Shown: in pieces, positions 47,764 to 57,061 of the stretch
How the letters are laid out: each line of letters starts with the position of its first letter
How positions within the stretch are numbered: the first letter of the stretch is position 1
Assembly: GCF_031291615.1 (NCBI RefSeq)
Contig: NZ_JARLIS010000035.1
Strand: one strand, 5' to 3'
Length of the DNA: 64,000 nucleotides
From: Parvibaculum sp.
GTDB lineage: Bacteria > Pseudomonadota > Alphaproteobacteria > Parvibaculales > Parvibaculaceae
The notes under the pieces: generated by a model
What the model was told of the DNA's origin: nothing
The model's database searches: none
The model's input: only the letters and a program-made list of their open reading frames with translations
Translations under genes and position numbers: made by a program

Positions 47764-47881
47764 CAACAGTCTGCCGCCGCCGTACAAGCTCGCTTTAAAT
47801 TCCATGTGAGACATAACGGGTCCGGTCGCGGCAGGGCGAGAGCTTGCGCGACACACAGAACCGAACCCAAGAGTCACGATC

Positions 47882-49519
47882 ATGACGAAAGAGCGCCTCT
47901 ACCTTTTCGATACCACGCTGCGCGACGGCGCGCAGACGCAGGGCGTCGACTTCTCGGTCGAGGACAAGCGGCTGATTGCCGGCCTCTTGGACGATCTGGG
48001 CCTCGACTATATCGAAGGCGGCTATCCCGGCGCGAACCCCACCGACACCTCCTTTTTCAGCGAGCGTCCCGAACTGAAGCGCGCCCGCTTCACCGCCTTC
48101 GGCATGACGAAGCGTGCAGGACGCAGCGCCGCCAACGATCCGGGCCTCGCGCCCGTGCTCGACGCCGATACGGATGCCGTCTGCCTTGTCGCCAAGTCCT
48201 GGGACTTTCAGGTCCGCGTCGCGCTCGGCATCACCAATGAGGAAAATCTGGAATCGATCACCGACAGCGTGAAGGCGATTGCCGCGCGCGGCCGCGAGCC
48301 GATGATCGACTGCGAACATTTCTTCGACGGCTACAAGGCAAACCCCGTTTACGCGCTCGCCTGCCTCAACGCCGCGCTGTCGGCGGGCGCGCGCTGGGCC
48401 GTGCTTTGCGACACCAATGGCGGTACGCTGCCGCAGGAAGTGACACGCATCGTCGGCGAGGTCATCGCCTCGGGCGTGCCGGGTGAGCGTCTCGGCATCC
48501 ACGCTCATAACGACACCGAGAACGCCGTCGCCAATTCGCTCGCCGCCATCCGCGCCGGCGTGCGCCAGGTGCAGGGCACGTTGAACGGCCTCGGCGAGCG
48601 CTGCGGCAATGCCAACATGGTATCGCTGATCCCGACGCTTCTCCTGAAAGCGGAATTCGCCGACCGCTTCGAGATCGCCGTCACGCTCGAAAAGCTGAAG
48701 GGGCTCACGCATATCTCGCGCACGCTCGACGAGGTGCTGAACCGCGCGCCCAACCGCTACGCGCCTTACGTCGGCGAGAGCGCCTTCGCCTCCAAGGCGG
48801 GCATCCATGTTTCGGCGATCCTGAAAGACCCGACAACCTACGAGCATGTGCCGCCGGAAACGGTCGGCAATGCGCGCAAGATCGCCGTTTCCGATCAGGC
48901 GGGCCGCTCCAACATTCTCGCAAGCCTCGAAGAAGCTGGCATCACCCTCGATCCCAAGGATGCGCGCGTGCAGCGCATGCTGGACGAAGTGAAGGAACGC
49001 GAATTCCTCGGCTATTCCTATGACGGCGCGGGCGCCTCCTTCGAACTTCTGGCGCGCCGCCTTCTCGGACAGGTGCCGGAATATTTCACGGTCGAATCCT
49101 TCCGGGTTCTGGTGGAGCGCCGCTACAACGCGGTCGGCGAACTCGTCACCGTGTCGGAAGCGACCGTCCGCGTGAATGTCGACGGCGAAGTCCTGATCTC
49201 GGTCGGCGAGGGCAACGGCCCCGTCAACGCACTCGACCAGGCGCTGCGCAAGGATCTCGGCAAATACTCGCCCTATATCGAAGACCTGCGGCTCGCGGAC
49301 TTCAAGGTCCGTATCCTGACGAGCGGCACCGAGGCCGTCACGCGCGTGATGATCGAAAGCATGGACGCCAAGGGCGCGCGATGGTTCACCGTCGGCGTGT
49401 CGCCCAACATTGTGGACGCCTCCTTTCAGGCGCTCGCCGACAGCATCACCTACAAACTTCTCCGCGACGGTGCACCCGCTCCGTCCAGAGCCGTCCGAAA
49501 AGCCGACATCCGTAACTGA
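47882..49519 (+). CDS. cimA: citramalate synthase (LeuA-related, long C-terminal regulatory domain)
   Basis: 545 aa. LFDTTLRDGAQTQG, HAHNDTENAVANSL, C-terminal LeuA-dimer-like domain. Confidence 0.85.
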   Translation: MTKERLYLFDTTLRDGAQTQGVDFSVEDKRLIAGLLDDLGLDYIEGGYPGANPTDTSFFSERPELKRARFTAFGMTKRAGRSAANDPGLAPVLDADTDAVCLVAKSWDFQVRVALGITNEENLESITDSVKAIAARGREPMIDCEHFFDGYKANPVYALACLNAALSAGARWAVLCDTNGGTLPQEVTRIVGEVIASGVPGERLGIHAHNDTENAVANSLAAIRAGVRQVQGTLNGLGERCGNANMVSLIPTLLLKAEFADRFEIAVTLEKLKGLTHISRTLDEVLNRAPNRYAPYVGESAFASKAGIHVSAILKDPTTYEHVPPETVGNARKIAVSDQAGRSNILASLEEAGITLDPKDARVQRMLDEVKEREFLGYSYDGAGASFELLARRLLGQVPEYFTVESFRVLVERRYNAVGELVTVSEATVRVNVDGEVLISVGEGNGPVNALDQALRKDLGKYSPYIEDLRLADFKVRILTSGTEAVTRVMIESMDAKGARWFTVGVSPNIVDASFQALADSITYKLLRDGAPAPSRAVRKADIRN

Positions 49520-49596
49520 TCTGCAGAGCGCCCATCCTCGCCCGCGCTCCGCATGCGTGGAGGGGGCGAGGGAAGCGCGATTGAAAGCTCTGCATC

Positions 49597-50532
49597 ATGC
49601 TCGACCCTTCTTCGACGGAAAGTGAAATCAGGCGGCAGGCGGTTCTGGGCGCTGCTGCGGCGGCGGTCGGCTACCTCACCTGGGGCCTCTCCGTCATCTA
49701 TTACCGCCAGCTTGCCGATGTCTCGCCTATCGAGATCCTTGCCCACCGCGCCCTCTGGAGCCTGCTGCTGGTCAGCATCTGCATCCTCGCCTTCGGACGC
49801 ATGCCGCACCTCATGACGGTGCTGCGCGATCGCCGCGCGCTTGCCTTGCTCACCGTCACCGCGACGATCATCGGCTCGAACTGGCTCGTCTTCATCTGGG
49901 CGGTGAACAGCGGCCGCATTCTCGAAACGAGTCTCGGCTATTTCATCAATCCGCTGGTCAGCGTTCTCGCCGGCGTCGTGCTGCTCGGCGAGCGCCTGTC
50001 GCGCGCGCAGATCGTGGCAATGGCGCTGGCGGCGGCGGGCGTCTTCTACTTCACGCTGGCGCTCGGCTTCGTGCCGTGGATTTCGCTTTTTCTCGCCTTC
50101 AGCTTCGCAGGCTACGGCTATCTGAAGAAGATCATGCGCGTCGAGGCGCTGGAAGGGCTCTTCGTCGAAGTTCTGGTCATCGCGCCTTTCGGCATCGCCT
50201 ATCTGATCTGGCAGTCCGGCCATGGCGGCTCGGGCTTCATCCATGACGGGCTCTACACCGATGCGCTCCTCGTGCTCACCGGGCCGATGACGACGATCCC
50301 GCTGCTGCTTTTCACCTTCGGCGCGCAGCGCATCCGCCTGACGACGCTCGGCCTGATGCAATATCTGGTGCCGACGACTTCTTTCGCCATCGCCGTCTGG
50401 CTCTATGGCGAGCCGCTGGAGCAGGGCAAGATCGTCACCTTCGCGATGATCTGGACCGGGCTTGCGATCTTCACCGTCGACACATGGCGCAAGGAACGCG
50501 AGCTGCGCCGCGTCCTGCCGTCGCGCGCCTAG
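49597..50532 (+). CDS. rarD: EamA/RarD family transporter
   Basis: 311 aa, 10 TM. YLTWGLSVIYYRQL...EILAHRALWS is the typical RarD N-terminus. Confidence 0.8.
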   Translation: MLDPSSTESEIRRQAVLGAAAAAVGYLTWGLSVIYYRQLADVSPIEILAHRALWSLLLVSICILAFGRMPHLMTVLRDRRALALLTVTATIIGSNWLVFIWAVNSGRILETSLGYFINPLVSVLAGVVLLGERLSRAQIVAMALAAAGVFYFTLALGFVPWISLFLAFSFAGYGYLKKIMRVEALEGLFVEVLVIAPFGIAYLIWQSGHGGSGFIHDGLYTDALLVLTGPMTTIPLLLFTFGAQRIRLTTLGLMQYLVPTTSFAIAVWLYGEPLEQGKIVTFAMIWTGLAIFTVDTWRKERELRRVLPSRA

Positions 50533-51413
50533 GCGGGAATGGGCGTCATCCAGTCGGCGGTGATGCCGACCGGATATTCGAAGCCGACTGTGCAGCCGTG
50601 CCAGAATTTCGGCGAGACGACGGGCAGCGTGCGCGTGCCGAACCAGGCGCCCCAGAGCGAGAAGGTGCTGCTCGAAATGACGCCGCCATCCGTCAGCGTC
50701 ATCAATCCGAGGTCTTCATACATGTTCGCGCCACGGAATATGTGGATGCCCGTTCCCTCGAAAAGAGGCGCAACCTCGTTCATGCCGTCGCTCAGCAGAA
50801 CGAATTGCACATTCGCATCGGCCGCCCGGATGAGCTCCATCCCCCGTTTGAAATAGTCGATCTCGAGTATCGGCGAGTGACCAAAAATCTTGCGCGGCTT
50901 CAGATTGCCGCGCCGGACATGGACGAAAGCCACTTTGCCGGCAGGCAACGTCTTCAGAAAGGCGCGACCGGCTTCCAGAAATTGTTCCTTGATGCGGAAC
51001 GAGCCCTGCGGAACGATATCCTTCCGTTCGAAATATCCCTTGTCGACAAAGATGATCCGGCTGAAGAGCCCGCGCGAATAGGTCACGTCCCGGCCCGCCA
51101 TCATGTAGGTCGAGCCCTCGACCTCGAACGGCACTTTCTTCTGCTTGTAGCCGTCGATGAGCCGAAGGCCTACCAGCGCTCGCCCGATCATGCGCAGAAG
51201 GCGTTTCAACGCGCGCCTCGAACGCAGATTGGGCGTGTTGGTGAACCGGAACGGATGCCAGTCGAACCCTTCGATGAGATGTTCGAGCCCCATGGCGGTC
51301 AGCCGGTCGTCTGCCGACAGAATGCCTTCGAGAAAGGCGGCCTGGAACATCTGGTTTCCCAGTTCCCCGTCGGCCGTGAAGAATGCGTGCTTGCTGCGCG
51401 GTTTTGTCGTCAT
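50529..51413 (-). CDS. glycosyltransferase family 11 (alpha-1,2-fucosyltransferase)-like protein
   Basis: 294 aa. GELGNQMFQAAF (GT11 motif GGLGNQMFQYA), HVRRGN (HVRRGDY), SSSTFSLWGAWF (S.STFSWW.AWL). Confidence 0.65.
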   Translation of the reverse strand: MTTKPRSKHAFFTADGELGNQMFQAAFLEGILSADDRLTAMGLEHLIEGFDWHPFRFTNTPNLRSRRALKRLLRMIGRALVGLRLIDGYKQKKVPFEVEGSTYMMAGRDVTYSRGLFSRIIFVDKGYFERKDIVPQGSFRIKEQFLEAGRAFLKTLPAGKVAFVHVRRGNLKPRKIFGHSPILEIDYFKRGMELIRAADANVQFVLLSDGMNEVAPLFEGTGIHIFRGANMYEDLGLMTLTDGGVISSSTFSLWGAWFGTRTLPVVSPKFWHGCTVGFEYPVGITADWMTPIPA

Positions 51414-51438
51414 GTTCTTGTCGTTCGATTGTCCGTAT

Positions 51439-51987
51439 TCAAAGCGCCGCCTCGATGCGCGGCAGAATGTCCTCGACCCGGTCCACGACGCCGTAGAAAC
51501 GCCGGATACTGTTGCCGACGAATTTCGTCTCGATCATGTGGTCGAGAAGATCGATCAGCGGATTCCAGAAGCCCTTGAGATTGGCGATGACGATGGGGTG
51601 CTTGTGCCGCCCGAGCTGCGCCCAGGTCAGCATCTCGATCAGCTCCTCCAGCGTGCCGATGCCACCGGGCAGGGCGACGAAGGCGTCCGACCGCTCGAAC
51701 ATGGTCCGCTTGCGCGAATGCATGCTGTCGGTGACGATGAGCTCGCTCACGCTGCGCAGCGGCACTTCTTCCCTGAACAGGAATTCCGGGATCACGCCCG
51801 TAACGTGCCCGCCATTGTCGAGCACCGCCCTTGCGAGCGCGCCCATCACGCCGATGCTGGCCCCGCCATAGACGAGCCCGACATCGGCCTTGGCCAGCAG
51901 ACCGCCCAGCCGCGTCGCCGCCGCCGTCAGGTCCGGGTCGCCGCCATCCTGCGAGCCGCAATAGACGCATATGTTGGAAATCTTCAT
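51439..51987 (-). CDS. LOG family protein (nucleotide 5'-monophosphate nucleosidase / cytokinin riboside-5'-MP phosphoribohydrolase)
   Basis: 182 aa from ATG 51987. VYCGS, GLVYGGASIGVMG, ALPGGIGTLEE. Confidence 0.85.
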   Translation of the reverse strand: MKISNICVYCGSQDGGDPDLTAAATRLGGLLAKADVGLVYGGASIGVMGALARAVLDNGGHVTGVIPEFLFREEVPLRSVSELIVTDSMHSRKRTMFERSDAFVALPGGIGTLEELIEMLTWAQLGRHKHPIVIANLKGFWNPLIDLLDHMIETKFVGNSIRRFYGVVDRVEDILPRIEAAL

Positions 51988-52146
51988 TAACGCAGGTCCG
52001 GACTCGTTCTTTTTTGCCCCGAAACGGCATTTCACAATGGTGCCGTGATTGCAAGATAGACGATAATCTTGCAATTGAACGCGACGAATGTGCCGTCGCG
52101 GCACGGAATTGGCTACTTGTGGCTTACAGCGGAGGATGAACGGTCG

Positions 52147-53106
52147 ATGCGGAACAATGGACTTGTCGCAGGCGTGGTCGTCGTCCTGCTGGTGCTTGTC
52201 GTCGGCGGCTACTTCCTCTTCTTCCATCGTCAGGCCGAAGCACCCCTGCCGTCGTCGCAGGCGACCGGCGAATCCCAGCCGCAGACGGGCGCCAAGGTTG
52301 AAGACAAGAGCGTGCCGACCTTCGACATCGTCCGCGTCGAGCGCGACGGATCGACGGTCGTTGCCGGCCGCGCGCTTCCCGGCGCCAAGGTCGAGATCAA
52401 GGCGAACGGCGTCGTCGTCGGCACCGCGACGGCGGACGACCACGGCGAATGGGTCGTCGTTCTTTCCGAGCCCCTGAAGCCCGGCAATATCGAAATCACG
52501 CTGACCGCGCACAATCCGGACGGCACCGTGAAGGACAGCATCCAGACCGTCTCGGTCCAGGTGCCCGAGCAGAAAGACAAGCCCGCCCTCGTCGTCATGA
52601 GCGAGCCGGGCAAGGCAAGCCGCGTGCTGCAAGGCCCGGGCGTGCCGTCGGACGCGGGCAACCTCGTGGTCGAAACCGTCGACTACGACGCGAACGGCAA
52701 CCTCATCATTTCCGGCAAGGCCGACAAGGGCGCAACCGTCCGCGTCTATGTGGGTGGAAAGCCGGTGGGCGACGCCGTGGCGGACGCCGCCGGTCACTGG
52801 GAGCTCCGCCCGACGGTTGCCATCGCGCCCGGCCAATATGCGCTGCGCGTCGACCAGCTCGACGCAACGGGCAAGGTCGTCGCCCGCGTCGAGTTGCCCT
52901 TCGAGCGTGGGGAGCCCTCCGCCGTCATCGCCGCCATGAAGAACGGCAAGGTCGTCATCCAGCCGGGCAACAATCTCTGGAACATCGCCCGCCAGATCTA
53001 CGGCTCGGGCTTCAACTACACGGTCATCTACGAAGCGAACAAATCGCAGATTCGCGATCCGAACCTGATCTATCCGGGCCAGATCTTCTCCACGCCCGCC
53101 AAATAG
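52147..53106 (+). CDS. LysM peptidoglycan-binding protein with N-terminal anchor and two Ig-like repeats
   Basis: ATG 52147 with GGAGGA upstream. TM anchor. Two repeats (GAKVEIKANGVVVGTATADDHGEWVV / GATVRVYVGGKPVGDAVADAAGHWEL). C-terminal LysM (NLWNIARQIYGSG..YTVIYEANKSQIRDPNLIYPGQIF). Confidence 0.8.
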   Translation: MRNNGLVAGVVVVLLVLVVGGYFLFFHRQAEAPLPSSQATGESQPQTGAKVEDKSVPTFDIVRVERDGSTVVAGRALPGAKVEIKANGVVVGTATADDHGEWVVVLSEPLKPGNIEITLTAHNPDGTVKDSIQTVSVQVPEQKDKPALVVMSEPGKASRVLQGPGVPSDAGNLVVETVDYDANGNLIISGKADKGATVRVYVGGKPVGDAVADAAGHWELRPTVAIAPGQYALRVDQLDATGKVVARVELPFERGEPSAVIAAMKNGKVVIQPGNNLWNIARQIYGSGFNYTVIYEANKSQIRDPNLIYPGQIFSTPAK

Positions 53107-53154
53107 GCAGGCTTGCTTACCGGCCTGTAAGGCTTATCTATGTGGGGTCATTCG

Positions 53155-53195
53155 GGCGCCCCGTCCGAACAATCGGGCGGGGCGCCTTGTCTATT
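53155..53195 (+). terminator. Rho-independent terminator of the LysM gene
   Basis: GGCGCCCCG-T-CCGA-ACAA-TCGG-G-CGGGGCGCC followed by TTGTCTATT. Confidence 0.7.
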
Positions 53196-53240
53196 GCGGG
53201 TGGTTATCAAGACTGCCGCCGAAACCGGAACGACCGAAAC

Positions 53241-55166
53241 ATGGCCATGCATACGAGGCGCGGCGCAGGCTCCGAGCCGGTGTCGCTCGGGCTGAAGCCC
53301 GGCGGCAACCGCCAATGGCAGACGTTGCGTTCCTTCGCGCCCTATCTCTGGCCGGTGGGCCGGACCGACCTGCGCGCCCGCGTCGTCTTCGCCATGATCG
53401 TGCTCGTCGCCTGCAAGGTCATCACGGTCTACACGCCCTTCCTCTACCGCGACGCGACGAACATCCTGTCGCCCAAGTCTCCCGCCCATGCCGCCATCGT
53501 CGTGCCGCTGGCATTGATCGTCGCCTATGGCGTCGGCCGCATCCTGATGGTCGTGCTTGCCCAGGTGCGCGACGGCGTTTTCGCTAAGGTCAGCCAGAAT
53601 GCGGTGCGCCAGCTCGCGCTGGAAACCTTCCGCCACCTCCATGCCCTGTCGCTGCGCTTCCACCTCGAACGGCGGACGGGCGGATTGTCGCGCGTCATCG
53701 AGCGCGGCACCAAGGCGATCGACCTGCTGCTGCGCTTCTCGCTCTTCAACATCATTCCGACGATCCTCGAACTTGCCTTCGTCGCCGTCATTTTCATCTG
53801 GGCCTTCAACGTCTGGTTCGCGGTCGTCACCGCCGTCACCATCGTCTTCTATATCTGGTTTACCTTCGCCATCACCGAATGGCGCACGCGCTTCCACCGC
53901 GAAATGAACGCGCTCGATACCGAGGCGAACACCAAGGCCATCGACAGTCTTCTGAACTTCGAGACGGTGAAATATTTCGGCAACGAGAATTTCGAGGCGA
54001 AGCGCTTCGACGCCTCCATGGCGCGCTACGAACGCGCCGCCGTGAAGACGATGACGACGCTCGCCACGCTGAATAGCGGCCAGGCGGCGATCTTCACGCT
54101 CGGCCTCACCGCGCTCATGCTCATGGCCGCGCAAGGCATCTCGCAGAAAACCATGACCATCGGCGATTTCGTCATGGTCAACGCCTATCTGATCCAGCTC
54201 TATCAGCCGCTGAACCTGCTCGGCACCGTCTACCGCGAAATCCGCCAGGCGCTGATCGACATGGAAACCATGTTCGATCTGCTGGAAATCCCGACCGAGG
54301 TCGAGGACGCGCCCGACGCGCGCATGCTTGCCGTGGGCGGCGGCGAAATCGTCTTCGACGGCGTTTCGTTTTCCTACGACAAGGATCGCGGCATTCTCGA
54401 CAACGTGTCGTTCCGCGTCCCCGCCGGTCGCACGCTGGCAATCGTCGGCCCATCCGGCGCCGGCAAGTCGACCATCTCGCGCATTCTCTTTCGCTTCTAC
54501 GACATCTCGAAAGGCCGCGTGCTGATCGACGGGCAGGACATTCGCGACGTGACGCAGGCCTCGCTCCGCGCCGCCGTCGGCATGGTTCCGCAGGACACCG
54601 TGCTCTTCAACGACACGATCCGTTACAACATCCGCTATGGCCGCCCCGATGCGACGGATGCCGAGGTCGAAGCCGCCGCAGCCCAGGCCCAGATCGCCGA
54701 CTTCATCGCGCGCCTGCCCAAGGGCTACGAGTCGAGCGTCGGCGAGCGCGGGCTGAAGCTGTCGGGCGGCGAGAAGCAGCGCGTGGCCATCGCCCGCACC
54801 ATTCTCAAGAACCCGCCCATTCTCATCCTGGACGAGGCGACATCCGCCCTCGATACGCATACGGAAAAGGAAATCCAGTCGGCCCTGAAGCGAATTTCCG
54901 AGAACCGGACGACGCTCATCATCGCTCACAGGCTTTCGACGGTGGTCGATGCCGACGAGATCATCGTTCTCGACCACGGCCGCATCGTCGAGCGCGGCCG
55001 ACACGAGGAGCTGCTCGCCCGTGGCGGCAAATACGCCGCCATGTGGAGCCGCCAGCGCGAGGCGGACGCGGCCCGCGAAAAGCTCATAGAGACCGAGGAC
55101 GAGGAAGAAGCCGACCTCGATCCCGAAACGGCGCGCGGCCCCCTGGCGCTTGCCGGGGATGCCTAA
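53241..55166 (+). CDS. ABC transporter, fused permease/ATPase, Atm1/HMT1-like exporter
   Basis: 641 aa from ATG 53241. 6 TM, then Walker A GPSGAGKST, signature LSGGEKQR, Walker B ILILDEATSALD. The track ORF start at 52449 overlaps the LysM gene out of frame. Confidence 0.85.
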   Translation: MAMHTRRGAGSEPVSLGLKPGGNRQWQTLRSFAPYLWPVGRTDLRARVVFAMIVLVACKVITVYTPFLYRDATNILSPKSPAHAAIVVPLALIVAYGVGRILMVVLAQVRDGVFAKVSQNAVRQLALETFRHLHALSLRFHLERRTGGLSRVIERGTKAIDLLLRFSLFNIIPTILELAFVAVIFIWAFNVWFAVVTAVTIVFYIWFTFAITEWRTRFHREMNALDTEANTKAIDSLLNFETVKYFGNENFEAKRFDASMARYERAAVKTMTTLATLNSGQAAIFTLGLTALMLMAAQGISQKTMTIGDFVMVNAYLIQLYQPLNLLGTVYREIRQALIDMETMFDLLEIPTEVEDAPDARMLAVGGGEIVFDGVSFSYDKDRGILDNVSFRVPAGRTLAIVGPSGAGKSTISRILFRFYDISKGRVLIDGQDIRDVTQASLRAAVGMVPQDTVLFNDTIRYNIRYGRPDATDAEVEAAAAQAQIADFIARLPKGYESSVGERGLKLSGGEKQRVAIARTILKNPPILILDEATSALDTHTEKEIQSALKRISENRTTLIIAHRLSTVVDADEIIVLDHGRIVERGRHEELLARGGKYAAMWSRQREADAAREKLIETEDEEEADLDPETARGPLALAGDA

Positions 55167-55235
55167 ACCGCCCCGAAGGCGTAAGATGCTCCCTGACGAC
55201 GATTTCCCGCCCGAAGCGAATCCCGAAGAGGAAAA

Positions 55236-55916
55236 ATGGACAGCCTGACTTCAATCCTTGTGCCGATCCACCGCGAGGGGCACCGCTTCGTCATCATCTT
55301 CGCGGCGGTCACGGTCGCGCTCTTTCTGATCTGGCAGCCGCTCGGCTGGGTCGGCGTCGTGCTGACGCTCTGGTGTCTCTATTTCTTCCGCGATCCGGAC
55401 CGGGTGACCCCGCAACGCGAGGGCCTCGTCATCAGCCCCGCCGACGGCGTCGTCAACATGATCGTGGAAGCCTCGCCCCCGCCGGAGCTGGGGCTCGGAG
55501 ACATGCGCCGCACCCGCGTCAGCATCTTCATGAACGTCTTCAACTGCCATGTGAACCGCGCGCCGGTCGCGGGGCGGGTGAAGCGCATCGCCTATCGTCC
55601 CGGCCAGTTTCTGAATGCGAGCCTCGACAAGGCGAGCGACGACAATGAACGCAACGCGATGGTGATCGAGCGCGCCGACGGCCAGGACATCATCGTCGTC
55701 CAGATCGCCGGACTGGTCGCGCGCCGCATCGTCTGCGACGTGGCGGAGGGCAAGGAGCTTCTGGCGGGCGAGCGTTACGGCCTCATCCGTTTCGGCAGCC
55801 GTCTCGACGTTTACCTTCCCGAAGGCGCCATTCCGCTGGTTGCCGTCGGCCAGACGGCGATTGCGGGCGAAACCGTGCTCGCGGACTCGATTTCGGTCGA
55901 ACCGCATCACATATAG
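55236..55916 (+). CDS. psd: phosphatidylserine decarboxylase proenzyme (short alphaproteobacterial type)
   Basis: 226 aa. [13 protein letters not shown], self-cleavage site [13 protein letters not shown]. Confidence 0.9.
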   Translation: MDSLTSILVPIHREGHRFVIIFAAVTVALFLIWQPLGWVGVVLTLWCLYFFRDPDRVTPQREGLVISPADGVVNMIVEASPPPELGLGDMRRTRVSIFMNVFNCHVNRAPVAGRVKRIAYRPGQFLNASLDKASDDNERNAMVIERADGQDIIVVQIAGLVARRIVCDVAEGKELLAGERYGLIRFGSRLDVYLPEGAIPLVAVGQTAIAGETVLADSISVEPHHI

Positions 55917-55962
55917 CGCCGAGATCGTGTAGAATAGGCTGTCAGTCAAAAGGACCAGGCAC

Positions 55963-56811
55963 ATGGCAAATCCGATCCCGCCTTTCGGACCTCGCCGCGA
56001 ACGTCCCTTCGCCAACCGGCGGACGCGGCCTTTCAGCCCCATGCCCATTCGCACAATCATCCCGAACGCGCTCACCGTGCTTGCGCTCTGCGCCGGCCTG
56101 ACCGCCATCCGCTTCGCGCTCGAAGCCCGCTTCGAGGCGGCGGTCGCCGCCATCATCATCGCCTCCGTGTTCGACGCGCTGGACGGCCGCGTGGCGCGCT
56201 TCCTCAAGGGCACGACGCGTTTCGGCGCCGAACTCGACTCGCTGACCGACTTCGTCAATTTCGGCGTCGCGCCCGTGATCGTGCTCTATCTCTGGTCGCT
56301 CAGCCAGATCGGCGGTATCGGCTGGATCGCGGTGCTGGGCTATGCCGTCTGCTGCGCGCTGCGGCTTGCCCGTTTCAATGTTGCGCTCGAAGACCCGGAC
56401 AAGCCAGCCTGGACCGGCAACTACTTTGTCGGCGTCCCGGCCCCCGCCGGCGCCATGCTCGTCATGATCCCGCTCTATCTCACCTTCATCGACGTGCCGG
56501 GCATTCAGGGCCTGCCGCTTCTCGTCGCGCTTCATTGCTTCTTTGTGGCGTTCCTGATGGTGAGCCGCATCCCGACCTTCTCGGGCAAGCGCATTGGCCT
56601 GCGCGTCAAACGCGACATGGTGATGCCGATCCTGCTTCTGGTGGGCTTTGCCGCCGCCGTGATTCTGAACTATCCCTGGGACGCCTTCACCGCGCTCGGC
56701 ATCGGCTATCTGCTGCTCATTCCCGTCGGCGTCATGCGCTATCGCCATCATCAGGCGAGGACGGCGAACGTGGCGGCGACCGTCGAAAGCGACGATCTTT
56801 CCATAGATTGA
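55963..56811 (+). CDS. pssA: CDP-diacylglycerol--serine O-phosphatidyltransferase
   Basis: 282 aa. CDP-alcohol phosphatidyltransferase motif DALDGRVAR...GAELDSLTD. Polytopic. Confidence 0.9.
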   Translation: MANPIPPFGPRRERPFANRRTRPFSPMPIRTIIPNALTVLALCAGLTAIRFALEARFEAAVAAIIIASVFDALDGRVARFLKGTTRFGAELDSLTDFVNFGVAPVIVLYLWSLSQIGGIGWIAVLGYAVCCALRLARFNVALEDPDKPAWTGNYFVGVPAPAGAMLVMIPLYLTFIDVPGIQGLPLLVALHCFFVAFLMVSRIPTFSGKRIGLRVKRDMVMPILLLVGFAAAVILNYPWDAFTALGIGYLLLIPVGVMRYRHHQARTANVAATVESDDLSID

Positions 56812-56850
56812 GAGAGGTTCTGCTTCTCCCGTTTCCTGTGCCTGAAAGTC

Positions 56851-57060
56851 TCAGGAACGGGCGAGGTGGCTCGCCATGCGCTCTTCGCCGAGGCCGGGCT
56901 TCGTCCGGTCGGCGGGTATGCGCCGCAACGTTCCTGAAGCGTCGAAAATCGGTTCAATGATGCGTCGTGGCTGGTTCGCCATGGCCGATGCGCCGTCCGT
57001 CATGTTCGTCTCCCTGTCGAAGGAGGGTTGATCCGTCATGCGGGCGGCTTCGGTTGCCAT
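56851..57060 (-). CDS. hypothetical small protein (69 aa)
   Basis: The ATG lies 1 nt after the stop of the upstream methyltransferase reading frame, which suggests coupling. GC3-rich codons. No recognisable domain. Confidence 0.35.
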   Translation of the reverse strand: MATEAARMTDQPSFDRETNMTDGASAMANQPRRIIEPIFDASGTLRRIPADRTKPGLGEERMASHLARS

Positions 57061-57061
57061 T

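Noticed and set aside
52449-53240. N-terminal 264 codons of the 905-aa track ORF that ends as the ABC transporter.
   Set aside because: This stretch overlaps the LysM gene in another frame and crosses that gene's terminator. The transporter-like sequence begins at ATG 53241 (MAMHTRR...LRSFAPYLWP).
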